Shown here one piece after another: positions 1 through 7,798 of a stretch of 28,909 nucleotides of DNA. The position numbers and the translations under genes were made by a program. Position 1 is the stretch's first letter. Every line of letters starts with the position of its first letter. The stretch covers positions 1-28,909 of IMG/VR virus record IMGVR_UViG_3300037851_000065; one strand, written 5' to 3'. This DNA comes from a virus (lineage: Duplodnaviria > Caudoviricetes). The notes under the pieces were generated by a model that was not told the origin of the DNA, made no database searches, and saw only the letters and a list, made by a program, of their open reading frames with translations.

Positions 1-2
1 CC

Positions 3-251
3 GAACACATCCCCGACCCCGACCTGCAGCCCCTTGCCGAAGCCATCCTCCTCTATCCCCCCGAGCTGCGTCCCGCCGTCCGCCAGGCAATCCGTGAAAC
101 CCTCGAAAAATACGCCCAGCAGAACCTCTCCCCCTCCGACTACGAAAAAACCTTCACCGTCGCCCTGCTCGAACAGCTCACCTCCATCGCCCAGACCGAC
201 CTCGACGCCCGCCACCGCCTCGCCTCCCCCGTCGACTGGCTTAATCTTTAA
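3..251 (+). CDS. 3' end of a gene truncated by the window edge (…EQLTSIAQTDLDARHRLASPVDWLNL*), function unknown
   Basis: Manual translation: frame 3 is open from nt 3 to TAA at 249-251, has consistent C-ending codons, and is followed by a strong hairpin. Not in the ORF track because its start is outside the window. Confidence 0.75.
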   Translation, partial: EHIPDPDLQPLAEAILLYPPELRPAVRQAIRETLEKYAQQNLSPSDYEKTFTVALLEQLTSIAQTDLDARHRLASPVDWLNL

Positions 252-254
252 AAC

Positions 255-286
255 ACTCCCCCCCTACTGCGTGAGTAGGGGGGAGT
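255..286. terminator. Strong stem-loop between convergent genes, probable bidirectional terminator
   Basis: ACTCCCCCCCTACT-gcgtg-AGTAGGGGGGAGT, about 13 bp of stem with one bulged C, between the stop at 251 (+) and the stop at 304 (-). Confidence 0.7.
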
Positions 287-303
287 AGGTAAATGGCAAG
301 TAA

Positions 304-579
304 TTATTTAATTTGTCGGGTTGTAAATAGCCCTTGAACGAATATTGGCAATCCTTCTGGGTTGGCATGCTCTTCTGCCAGCTGAATTGCTAGGTGCTGG
401 GGGATTGCTCCCTCAGTCCATTCTTCAACAGTCTCAAAACGAGACTGATGAACATCCCATATCGTTCCATCGCGAGTATCCATTGACCCAATCTGATCGC
501 TGGGGGATTCGACCACCCCGCAGCGTCCAAACACCTTGTCGTCCACTCCGTAAATGTATGTTACAACTATTGCGTTCAT
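304..579 (-). CDS. Hypothetical protein (91 aa)
   Basis: ORF with AGGAGG Shine-Dalgarno just upstream of the ATG; last of three co-oriented small genes. Confidence 0.7.
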   Translation of the reverse strand: MNAIVVTYIYGVDDKVFGRCGVVESPSDQIGSMDTRDGTIWDVHQSRFETVEEWTEGAIPQHLAIQLAEEHANPEGLPIFVQGLFTTRQIK

Positions 580-606
580 GGTTCCTCCTGTTCTGAATAT
601 ACTTAG

Positions 607-1254
607 CTATTTTTCATCCGTCAATACGGGTTTTCCCGTATCTTTTGCGGCGTCAATCAGCCTGCGCACCACCGCGGAGGCTGTCTCTCCCGGCTGGCTT
701 TTCAGCCAGTCAAGCTGATCACGGCGCAGATACAGCGCGCTCTTCACCATCGGCTCGCCCCGGCCATACAGAGCCGGGCGACCACTCCTAGGTTCAAACT
801 CCAGTTCAGCTGCCACACCCATCAAACGAGTATGCAACTGCATCACACCACCGATGTTATCAGCAACCACCTGACCGCGGCTTTCGTACGCCGCGTCCCA
901 CTCGTAACCTGGGATGGCCTCATTGCCGTCAAAGTCCTCTGGATCATCCCCCCGATCCAGACTGTGCAAATCCTGTCGGAGCTGTCCCGGAGTGTACTCG
1001 TATCCAGTATGCTCATACACCACCCGGTTGTCCAGACAGACAATCAGAGTGAGCCCGCCCGCGTTGTCCTCGATAACGCGGTATGTCATCTCAGGCAGGT
1101 TGATCCAGTCCTTGATTTCCTTCCAACTGGCATCCAGCAGCCAGTCCAGATGTTCGTCACCTTCCGGCCAATCGGCCAGGATAAAATTTATCTCTCGCTG
1201 GGTGAATTTCATCCCTTCTACCCGATTTTTTACCTGTTCAAATTTAGTAATCAT
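607..1254 (-). CDS. Hypothetical protein with C-terminal ribbon-helix-helix (CopG-like) DNA-binding domain
   Basis: AAGGAG SD. C-terminal GRPALYG…KSALYLRRDQLDWLK…TASAVVRRLIDA fits a beta-helix-helix pattern. Confidence 0.6.
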   Translation of the reverse strand: MITKFEQVKNRVEGMKFTQREINFILADWPEGDEHLDWLLDASWKEIKDWINLPEMTYRVIEDNAGGLTLIVCLDNRVVYEHTGYEYTPGQLRQDLHSLDRGDDPEDFDGNEAIPGYEWDAAYESRGQVVADNIGGVMQLHTRLMGVAAELEFEPRSGRPALYGRGEPMVKSALYLRRDQLDWLKSQPGETASAVVRRLIDAAKDTGKPVLTDEK

Positions 1255-1314
1255 AGCGATCTCCTTTTTGCCAGGTCTAACCGCCTACCTGGCGAGGGCT
1301 GAAAATTATGTCTA

Positions 1315-1659
1315 TTATTCTCTTATAATATCCAATACTACTGGCTCTCTCATCACAATCTCTGCAATGTCGTTGCCCCCTTCTGTATCATCGCAACCGA
1401 GTATGATGGCATAATCGCCATCATACCCGCCGTAATCCAGTAAACTATCAGCATGCTCTATATCAATGGCGCTTATACCATTGAGCCTTGTGGAAAGTTT
1501 TTTTCCATCTACCCATTCGTGCGACCGGTGCGCAATAACTTTTCCGACCCGCGCACCGTGTAATGCCTGCTGTATCCTGACGCCGATGAAGTCATAATCG
1601 GCGTAAAACTCTTTTTCTTTTGCCTGGGTTGCTATCTCTTTAATCCTCTGATTGTCCAT
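1315..1659 (-). CDS. Hypothetical phage protein (114 aa)
   Basis: AAGGAG SD upstream; AT-richer than the structural genes. Confidence 0.7.
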   Translation of the reverse strand: MDNQRIKEIATQAKEKEFYADYDFIGVRIQQALHGARVGKVIAHRSHEWVDGKKLSTRLNGISAIDIEHADSLLDYGGYDGDYAIILGCDDTEGGNDIAEIVMREPVVLDIIRE

Positions 1660-1679
1660 CTCTTTGCTCCTTGTTAACT

Positions 1680-1737
1680 ATCTATATTATATATTACGTA
1701 TAAGGGGTTTTAGCATTATTAATCTAACTCTAATAAT
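1680..1737 (-). promoter_or_regulatory. Probable promoter for the 304-1659 gene trio
   Basis: Very AT-rich spacer with a perfect TATAAT on the minus strand (1686-1691), downstream of the late terminator. No convincing -35 box. Confidence 0.45.
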
Positions 1738-1762
1738 AAAAAACTCCCCCATCCGGGGGAGT
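1738..1762 (-). terminator. Rho-independent terminator of the late operon
   Basis: ACTCCCCC-atcc-GGGGGAGT 8-bp stem with an A-tract on its left on plus, giving a U-tract after the hairpin on the minus transcript. Confidence 0.85.
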
Positions 1763-1783
1763 CCTTTCCGCTTTCTTTTCGCG

Positions 1784-2008
1784 TTATTCGCGTATTTTCG
1801 CGTCCTTCGTGTTCCTCCTCCACACCCCCCTCATCATCTCCACCTGGAACGCCGTGCATCCGTACACCGCCGACCACAGCAGCACCGTCCCATATCCCAC
1901 CCTGATCTGCGGGCTCACCTGGTGATAAAACCAGCCCAGCGCAAACACCCCGACCGCCAACACCGCCATAAAAACCACCAGCCTGGCTATCATGCGTTTA
2001 TTTTTCAT
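1784..2008 (-). CDS. Small membrane protein (74 aa, two hydrophobic segments)
   Basis: ATGA overlap with the upstream gene; hydrophobic stretches LVVFMAVLAVGVFALGWFY and VGYGTVLLWSAVYG. The C-terminus is encoded by a family-A repeat. Confidence 0.6.
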   Translation of the reverse strand: MKNKRMIARLVVFMAVLAVGVFALGWFYHQVSPQIRVGYGTVLLWSAVYGCTAFQVEMMRGVWRRNTKDAKIRE

Positions 2009-2532
2009 GACGCTGGTGGATATAAAGCATAGAACGAAATCTCGTCAGTGTTTGCCAATGCAAAATTAGGATCTATTCCCATTCCAGATGTTTCCAGGTG
2101 TGCAAAAAAATAAAAAACACCACCCGCACCAGTTGTATAATATGCCGCCCCTTGATAAAAAGCTGTCCCGTTATTGTTTACCCACGCCGTACCATAAACC
2201 CCGACCGCCGCCGGCTGTGCTGGTAAATTACCGATTAAGATATTGTTGTTCCCTGTACCAGCGCCCGTAATATCCAGCTGCGCACAGATAAACATCAACG
2301 GCCCGATCGTGCAGTATTTGGCATAGGTGACTGTTTTGCTCACCGCTCCGCTCTGTGTAAGCGATGGCGTCCAGTCCGTTAATGTAACTCCTAAGCCGAG
2401 CACCGCGGCAACGTTTGCCAATGTCGCTTTCTTGCTCGCTGGCGTACCCCCCGGATCAGCCACAACATATAGCAAGTCCGTTAATGCCGGGCTTGCTATT
2501 GCCGTCAGTCCTGTTACCTTAGTGTCTGCCAT
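2005..2532 (-). CDS. Putative tail fibre/receptor-binding protein, paralog 3
   Basis: MADTKVTGLT N-terminus, WTP…YCTIGPLMFI…I.NLP motif typical of beta-sandwich fibre head domains; last structural position in the tail module. Confidence 0.7.
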   Translation of the reverse strand: MADTKVTGLTAIASPALTDLLYVVADPGGTPASKKATLANVAAVLGLGVTLTDWTPSLTQSGAVSKTVTYAKYCTIGPLMFICAQLDITGAGTGNNNILIGNLPAQPAAVGVYGTAWVNNNGTAFYQGAAYYTTGAGGVFYFFAHLETSGMGIDPNFALANTDEISFYALYPPAS

Positions 2533-3093
2533 ATTTCTCCTTTTCGCTAAGCAGCTGGATACAACGCAAAAAATAAAATCCGGTCAGTGTTTGCCAATGC
2601 GAAACTAGGGTCTGCTCCGATTGCGGATGTTTCCAGGTGTGCATAAAAATTGATAATTTCGCTTGTATCTATGTAGGCTGCCCCGATATAATAAGCTGTT
2701 CCGGCATTATCAACTATCGCTGTACCATAGACTACACCAAATGCTACTTGGACTGGCAAATTACTGACTGCGATTACCGATCCATTCGTCCCCGCACTGG
2801 TGATCGTCATGTTGGCGCATAGATATACCAGCGGCCCAAGTCTACAATATTTAGCATAGGTAACTGTTTTGGTTACTGTCACACCCTGCGTAACCGTGGG
2901 TGTCCAGTCCGTCAATGCTCCAATCCCTAACATTGTCTTAATGTTTGCCAGTGTCGTATTCCGACTCGCCGGCGTACCCCCCGGGTCAGACACAACATAC
3001 AGCAAGTCCGTTAATGCCGGGCTTGCTATTGCCGTCAGTCCTGTTACCTTAGTGTCTGCCATATTTCTCCTTTCGCTAAGCAGCTGGATACAA
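2441..3093. repeat. Near-identical ~123-bp direct repeat (2441-2564 and 2971-3093) spanning the paralog junctions
   Basis: Direct comparison shows only a few substitutions and one T indel. Each copy covers the last codons of one gene, the spacer/RBS and the first ~30 codons of the next. Confidence 0.95.
2547..3062 (-). CDS. Putative tail fibre/receptor-binding protein, paralog 2
   Basis: Start reassigned to ATG 3062 (AAGGAG SD; aligns with paralog 3). Same motifs as paralogs 1 and 3. Confidence 0.7.
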   Translation of the reverse strand: MADTKVTGLTAIASPALTDLLYVVSDPGGTPASRNTTLANIKTMLGIGALTDWTPTVTQGVTVTKTVTYAKYCRLGPLVYLCANMTITSAGTNGSVIAVSNLPVQVAFGVVYGTAIVDNAGTAYYIGAAYIDTSEIINFYAHLETSAIGADPSFALANTDRILFFALYPAA

Positions 3094-3594
3094 TGCGAAA
3101 AATTCAATATGATCAGTGTTTGCCAGCGCAAAACTGGGGTCGGAGCCTATATCATTTGTTTCCAGGTGTGCTCTAAACGTCAGCGTGTCGTCCGCCGGGT
3201 TGACATGCACGTCGCCTGCATAAAATGCTGTGCCCGCATCAGTAATTCGTCCTTGACCGAAGGTTCTGTCTATGGCAGGGGTGGAGGGTAAGCCGCCTAT
3301 AATGATATCGTTGCCAGCTGATCCAGCACCCGTGATGTCCAGGCGCGCACAAATATACACCAGCGGTCCAAACACGCAATATTTAGCATAGGTGACCGTA
3401 CACGTGACGGCGCCGCTCTGCGTGACCGTCGGCGTCCAGTCTGTCAGTGACCCAGAACCCATCGCCAGCGCCACGTTTGCCAGTGTCGCCTTCCTACTTG
3501 CCGGCGTGCCCCCCGGGTCAGCCGCCACGTAAAGCAAGTCCGTTAATGCCGGATTAGTGATTTCTGTAAGGTCTTCTACTTTAACGTCTGGCAT
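3076..3594 (-). CDS. Putative tail fibre/receptor-binding protein, paralog 1
   Basis: Start reassigned to ATG 3594 (MPDVKVEDLT; AGGAG SD). Full-length similarity to the two downstream genes. Confidence 0.7.
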   Translation of the reverse strand: MPDVKVEDLTEITNPALTDLLYVAADPGGTPASRKATLANVALAMGSGSLTDWTPTVTQSGAVTCTVTYAKYCVFGPLVYICARLDITGAGSAGNDIIIGGLPSTPAIDRTFGQGRITDAGTAFYAGDVHVNPADDTLTFRAHLETNDIGSDPSFALANTDHIEFFALYPAA

Positions 3595-3602
3595 TTCATC
3601 TC

Positions 3603-4103
3603 CTAATAGGCGTTGACACACTTCACCGTGATGATCACGCTCGGTACGGCCGGTCTGTCTGGTGAAGTCCCCGCTTCCGTTGCCAGCCATTGGCAGCTCG
3701 TCGAATCGCCCCACGTCATGATTTCCAGGTAGCTCCCCGCATCGATATCCAGGATCGCGCTCACCACCACGGTCGTTTCTGCCGAAGCATTCGGAATATG
3801 CACCCGGGTGTTACTGTCTGGTACTGCCACACCATCTATCGCATACCACACCTCTAAATGCTTATTGGCAACAGAATCCAGGTTCGCAATTCCCGAAAAA
3901 ACAACCTCGTAACTCCCATCCCACGGCACGTACACTCTCGAGTTGTTCGTCACCGTGTCGTGGATCAGATATAACTCGTCCCCTTCTTCCTCCAGCTCGA
4001 TCGCCTGCGCCGCCGCCGTATCTGCTATCGACTGCGTCGTCAGGCTGTAATATGTGGCATGCGCCTGGCTCATCTGTCTGCCCTTTACCAGAGTCGTTGT
4101 CAT
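3603..4103 (-). CDS. Putative tail adsorption protein, C1q/TNF-like (BclA C-terminal type) beta-sandwich
   Basis: SRVYVPWDGSYEVVFSG…LEVWYAIDG…LDIDAGSYLEI pattern; position among tail-tip genes. Confidence 0.55.
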   Translation of the reverse strand: MTTTLVKGRQMSQAHATYYSLTTQSIADTAAAQAIELEEEGDELYLIHDTVTNNSRVYVPWDGSYEVVFSGIANLDSVANKHLEVWYAIDGVAVPDSNTRVHIPNASAETTVVVSAILDIDAGSYLEIMTWGDSTSCQWLATEAGTSPDRPAVPSVIITVKCVNAY

Positions 4104-4105
4104 GG

Positions 4106-6046
4106 TTACTCCGTAATGATATTATCCCCATCTTCGAGCAGCAGGTAATCGCCAGATGATAGCAGCAGTGCTCCAAACGCCAGGTAGTCAGCATATGTCA
4201 CGATATAGTCAATGATCAGGGTATCCCCTGCCTCTGGTGGCGTTGTAAACACCACGCTGTCCGATACTTCGGTGTAGTCCGTTCCTAATAACTGTCTCAC
4301 CCCATTCAAATACACCTGCGTGCTTCTGGACCGAAATGTGACCAGCAAAACAAAGGTATCCTCAGCCCCGTCGCACTCATCGCTGTGATCCTCGTTAACT
4401 ATGTGCTCGTGCGCTTCCGATTCTACGATCGCAGTCGCCGGCAGGTCAGCCTCCACCAGCGCCCGGAAAGTCGGCTCGTCTGCCGCCCCTGTCGTCGGTC
4501 CTGCCAGCACCGTGTTCGCCGTCTGCGTATCCAGCCCGATCTCCTGTGTGCTCAGGTCCAGGATCGTCGCCGCATCCGCATCCAGCGTCACCGCATCGTG
4601 CAGATCGCTCACCAGGGCGATCTCGTCGCTGGATACCTCCCACTTGCTCCCGTCCGATATGATTCCATACCCCGCCGGTGGTGGGTCGTCCTCATCCCAG
4701 GGTGCATGGATCTGTGGCGTCGCTGCGTTCACGTCCTCCGCGTGGTAAATGTCATACCCGTCTGCCGGCAGGTCTCGCCAACTCCCCCGGTCGCCAAACA
4801 GCGGTGTCCCCAACCCATCCGCGTCCGGAATATCGGCTATGTCTCCCTGCTCATCGGCATAAACATATACTCCGCTGCTCGCTATACCTGCCCCTACATA
4901 AATCCCATAGGTAGCAACTTCCATATTTGCGACCGACGGCAACGCACCCGTGTAGGGTGGCGTGTTGTGGTTCGTCCCTGCCACGTGCCACGGCACCTCG
5001 CTCGTATCTTCCCCCACCTTCGCAAACACGCGTGGCTTTCCATCTTCAGCAACCTCCGATAGTCCGATCAGAATATAATCAATGTTCTCCTTCGCTGCTG
5101 CTATGTTGGATACTCTGACATTATTAAAAGTAGCATCCCAATCCGTCGGCGTCGCTTCTTCTATTGTTGCCCACTCGTCGTACGTCACGTACATGCGTTG
5201 AGCAGCGCCATTATTAAGCAGTCTCTGGTGCCCATTGAGTTGTTTATTAAACCAGTGAGACCCTGCAGCATCCGAATAAACAGCTTCATAACTATACGGT
5301 GTAGATAAGGCTGTTATACTTCCTTGCAACTGCGTGGCAGTGTCTGGCGCCACCGTGTACCGTCTTAATATATCGTCTAGATAGCTATAATAATAAACCT
5401 TATCCACTTCTGTCGGGTCGATATTTATAGTGTCTCCCCCTGAACCAGCCCCCCATATGCTGTATGTCCCCGCGAAACTTGTCCCATTATTCGCCGACCT
5501 GCCCAGTCGCCTGTTTGCCGCATAACCAAAACACACGAATAAATCATCGCCATATGCCGATACTTCCCCACGTGCGCCAATCGTGGTCGTGTCATAGACG
5601 CTATGCGCTGTCCAGTTCGCCCCATAATCCACCGATCGCAGCAGCTTTATCCCTCCGCCAGAAACGACGTAAGAACTGAACATCACATAAATATGTCCGG
5701 TGTGCGTGGTCGCTTTATTCGCGGCGATAAACCCCAGGGTGGCGTCGTCGTTATCGTAGACTCCCCCCACCATTGTCCTGGCTGTCGCCTTATCCATGAT
5801 CTTCGTCCAGCTCGCCCCGTTCCACTTGTAAATATCCTGGTTGGCGAGCTGTACGTAAATGATCCCGTACGGGTCCACCGGGTCGACCTGCATCACCGTG
5901 ATCAGCGTGTTCGCCAGTCCGCTCGTGCTCAGCTTCGTCCACACCGGTTGCTCGGACGGGTCATCGAACTGCAGGTTTATCGTTTGATATACCCCGCCGT
6001 AAGTCGCCTCTGCCAGCGCCACCATCGCTCTTGTCATACGATCCAC
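4106..6046 (-). CDS. Tail spike/fibre protein with BNR/Asp-box beta-propeller and C-terminal fibre-associated modules
   Basis: Asp-box-like motifs RSVDYGANW and RSANNGTSF; ANTVLAGPTTG…PTFRALVEADLP; VYLNGVRQ…DYT…VVFTTPP…GD.LIIDY; terminal LLLEDG motif. Confidence 0.65.
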   Translation of the reverse strand: MDRMTRAMVALAEATYGGVYQTINLQFDDPSEQPVWTKLSTSGLANTLITVMQVDPVDPYGIIYVQLANQDIYKWNGASWTKIMDKATARTMVGGVYDNDDATLGFIAANKATTHTGHIYVMFSSYVVSGGGIKLLRSVDYGANWTAHSVYDTTTIGARGEVSAYGDDLFVCFGYAANRRLGRSANNGTSFAGTYSIWGAGSGGDTINIDPTEVDKVYYYSYLDDILRRYTVAPDTATQLQGSITALSTPYSYEAVYSDAAGSHWFNKQLNGHQRLLNNGAAQRMYVTYDEWATIEEATPTDWDATFNNVRVSNIAAAKENIDYILIGLSEVAEDGKPRVFAKVGEDTSEVPWHVAGTNHNTPPYTGALPSVANMEVATYGIYVGAGIASSGVYVYADEQGDIADIPDADGLGTPLFGDRGSWRDLPADGYDIYHAEDVNAATPQIHAPWDEDDPPPAGYGIISDGSKWEVSSDEIALVSDLHDAVTLDADAATILDLSTQEIGLDTQTANTVLAGPTTGAADEPTFRALVEADLPATAIVESEAHEHIVNEDHSDECDGAEDTFVLLVTFRSRSTQVYLNGVRQLLGTDYTEVSDSVVFTTPPEAGDTLIIDYIVTYADYLAFGALLLSSGDYLLLEDGDNIITE

Positions 6047-6756
6047 CTGTCAGTCGAGCCGTACTCTCGGTTCCACCGTGCATAAATGATTCCCGCCAGC
6101 GATGCCCCCGCATATCCATCCCCACCCACCGAAGACGCGTACAGCGTCGAATACCGGATGTCGACCGTCCCGTAATTCAAGTCCAGCCCTCCATCCGCGT
6201 AAATGCAGTACGCATTCCCCGCCCCGCTCTGCCGCACATCGATCGTACAATTTCTGATGTATGCCGGTTCCTCGCTGTTGGTATTTTTAACTCCTACCAG
6301 GTCGTTCGCATCGTTCGCCGTCCTGATAATCGACAGTGTATCGATCGCCGCATTTCCCCCGATCGTGATCAATCCCGAAAGGATGCTCCTGTCCCGGTCC
6401 ATCCCCATCACCGTGATATCATCCGGGATCGTATGATCCCCGCTGATCGTAAACGAATGCAGGTACACGATATCCCCGCTGGTCGCCGCCGCCAGTGCCA
6501 GGTCAAACCCCGCACTCGTCGCCGCATATTCCGCCACCGGCAACCCCCCGCTATCATACAGCAGGATCGTGTCCCCCCCCAACCCCACTGTGTTCCCCAC
6601 CAGGTCGATCCCCGGTCCTTCGCCAATCAGCGTGAACGGGAACTCCTCGTCCTCCGTCAAGCCCGCCATCACGTACCGCTCCAGCTCTTCGATGCGGTAC
6701 AGGTGATCCCGGATCTGGTCTAGGATATTATCGACGATAAAACTCCGCTCGATCAT
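6034..6756 (-). CDS. Minor tail protein with short pectin-lyase-like beta-helix
   Basis: Start reassigned to 6756 (ATGA overlap). N-terminal coiled segment, then ALAAATSGDIVYL…TIPDDITVMG…SILSG, resembling a beta-helix cap. Confidence 0.55.
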   Translation of the reverse strand: MIERSFIVDNILDQIRDHLYRIEELERYVMAGLTEDEEFPFTLIGEGPGIDLVGNTVGLGGDTILLYDSGGLPVAEYAATSAGFDLALAAATSGDIVYLHSFTISGDHTIPDDITVMGMDRDRSILSGLITIGGNAAIDTLSIIRTANDANDLVGVKNTNSEEPAYIRNCTIDVRQSGAGNAYCIYADGGLDLNYGTVDIRYSTLYASSVGGDGYAGASLAGIIYARWNREYGSTDRWIV

Positions 6757-7766
6757 TCGTCCTCCCGCACCACCAGCTTGCACACGCCCGTGCGCGCCTC
6801 GTATTCCCTGGCATGCACCCGCACCATCCCCTGCGTCCCGCTGAACCCATAACTGGGCAGCATCACGCTCACCGAATCCCCCACGTCGTACGCCTCGAAC
6901 CCCGCCGGCTCCGCGTCGATCGTCGCCAGCTCCAGCATGTTGTGCGGGTCCTTGCTCTCCGCCAGTAAATTCACCGCGTGCTCGTCCAGCGTCTGCTGCA
7001 GGCTCACGCTCACGAACACCTGGCTGTCCTCCCGCAGCCCGTACTCCGCAATCGAATCCGCGTCCTCCGCATAGCTCGTGATCCGGTCATCGCCCCAGCT
7101 CGAGCCTCTCCCCGCCACGCTCCACTTGTTCGCAATCGTCCCCTGCTCGATCAGCCTGGCGCTGGTGATGTTCGCCCCTTCGATCAGCGCCACCCCCGCC
7201 AGGTCGCTCCCCCTGCGCTCGTACAGGTTCGCCGTCAGCACGATCTTCCCCGCCACGATACTCGGCGTCACCACGAAATCCGCCGCCGAGAGTGTCTTGC
7301 ACACACTATCTCTGATGATCGATAATAAATCCTTAAAATGATAATCCGGCGAGTGCCCGATGCCGCCATCCCACACCTCGCCGATCTCCAGCCCGATCTC
7401 CGTCGCCTCCCGGATCAGCGACTCGAAGATATACCCCACCGTCGCATCCCGAAAATACCTCCCCTTATCCGTGATCCGCGTCCCCAGCAAATACTCCCCG
7501 CTGTACGCCGTGCAGTTCACCATCCCGTTCGCCCACTCCCTGGGTGGGTCGATGATTCCGCCCCAGTCCGGCAGCCCGTTATCGTACTGCACCAGCAGCC
7601 GGTTGCCGAACTGCAAATAATCGTCGATCGCCTTCGGGTCCGTCCTCGCCAGCCCAAACCGCACCTGCCCCACCTCGTTCAGCTTCCAGCTCACCGGCCC
7701 CATGTCCGGCGTCAGCTCCCCCACCAGCCTCCCGCTCCGGTCTCCCACCAGCACCCTCACCGCCAT
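6753..7766 (-). CDS. Baseplate hub / Tal-like tail protein
   Basis: Directly follows Dit; WGGII, YGLRE and YDVGDSVSV motifs typical of siphovirus hub proteins. Confidence 0.7.
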   Translation of the reverse strand: MAVRVLVGDRSGRLVGELTPDMGPVSWKLNEVGQVRFGLARTDPKAIDDYLQFGNRLLVQYDNGLPDWGGIIDPPREWANGMVNCTAYSGEYLLGTRITDKGRYFRDATVGYIFESLIREATEIGLEIGEVWDGGIGHSPDYHFKDLLSIIRDSVCKTLSAADFVVTPSIVAGKIVLTANLYERRGSDLAGVALIEGANITSARLIEQGTIANKWSVAGRGSSWGDDRITSYAEDADSIAEYGLREDSQVFVSVSLQQTLDEHAVNLLAESKDPHNMLELATIDAEPAGFEAYDVGDSVSVMLPSYGFSGTQGMVRVHAREYEARTGVCKLVVREDE

Positions 7767-7798
7767 CCTTCATCCCTCATTCTTCATCCTTTATCCTA
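7764..7798. repeat. Family D: five tandem 7-mers (CATCCTT consensus) filling the Dit-hub spacer; degenerate copy at ~9680-9702
   Basis: catcctt catccct cattctt catcctt tatccta, overlapping both the TAG stop and the ATG start. Confidence 0.85.

Noticed and set aside
34-288. 84-aa Pro/Ser-rich ORF in the track
   Set aside because: Wrong frame; frame 3 (3-251) gives a normal protein composition and ends just before the hairpin.
1270-1293. Hairpin GCCAGGT-N10-ACCTGGC as a terminator
   Set aside because: Short stem, large loop and no U-tract downstream on the coding strand; it is followed by an RBS.
2005-3594. Diversity-generating retroelement (TR/VR pair) or invertible shufflon
   Set aside because: No reverse transcriptase or invertase in the window; all copies are intact direct-orientation genes; differences are not confined to adenines.
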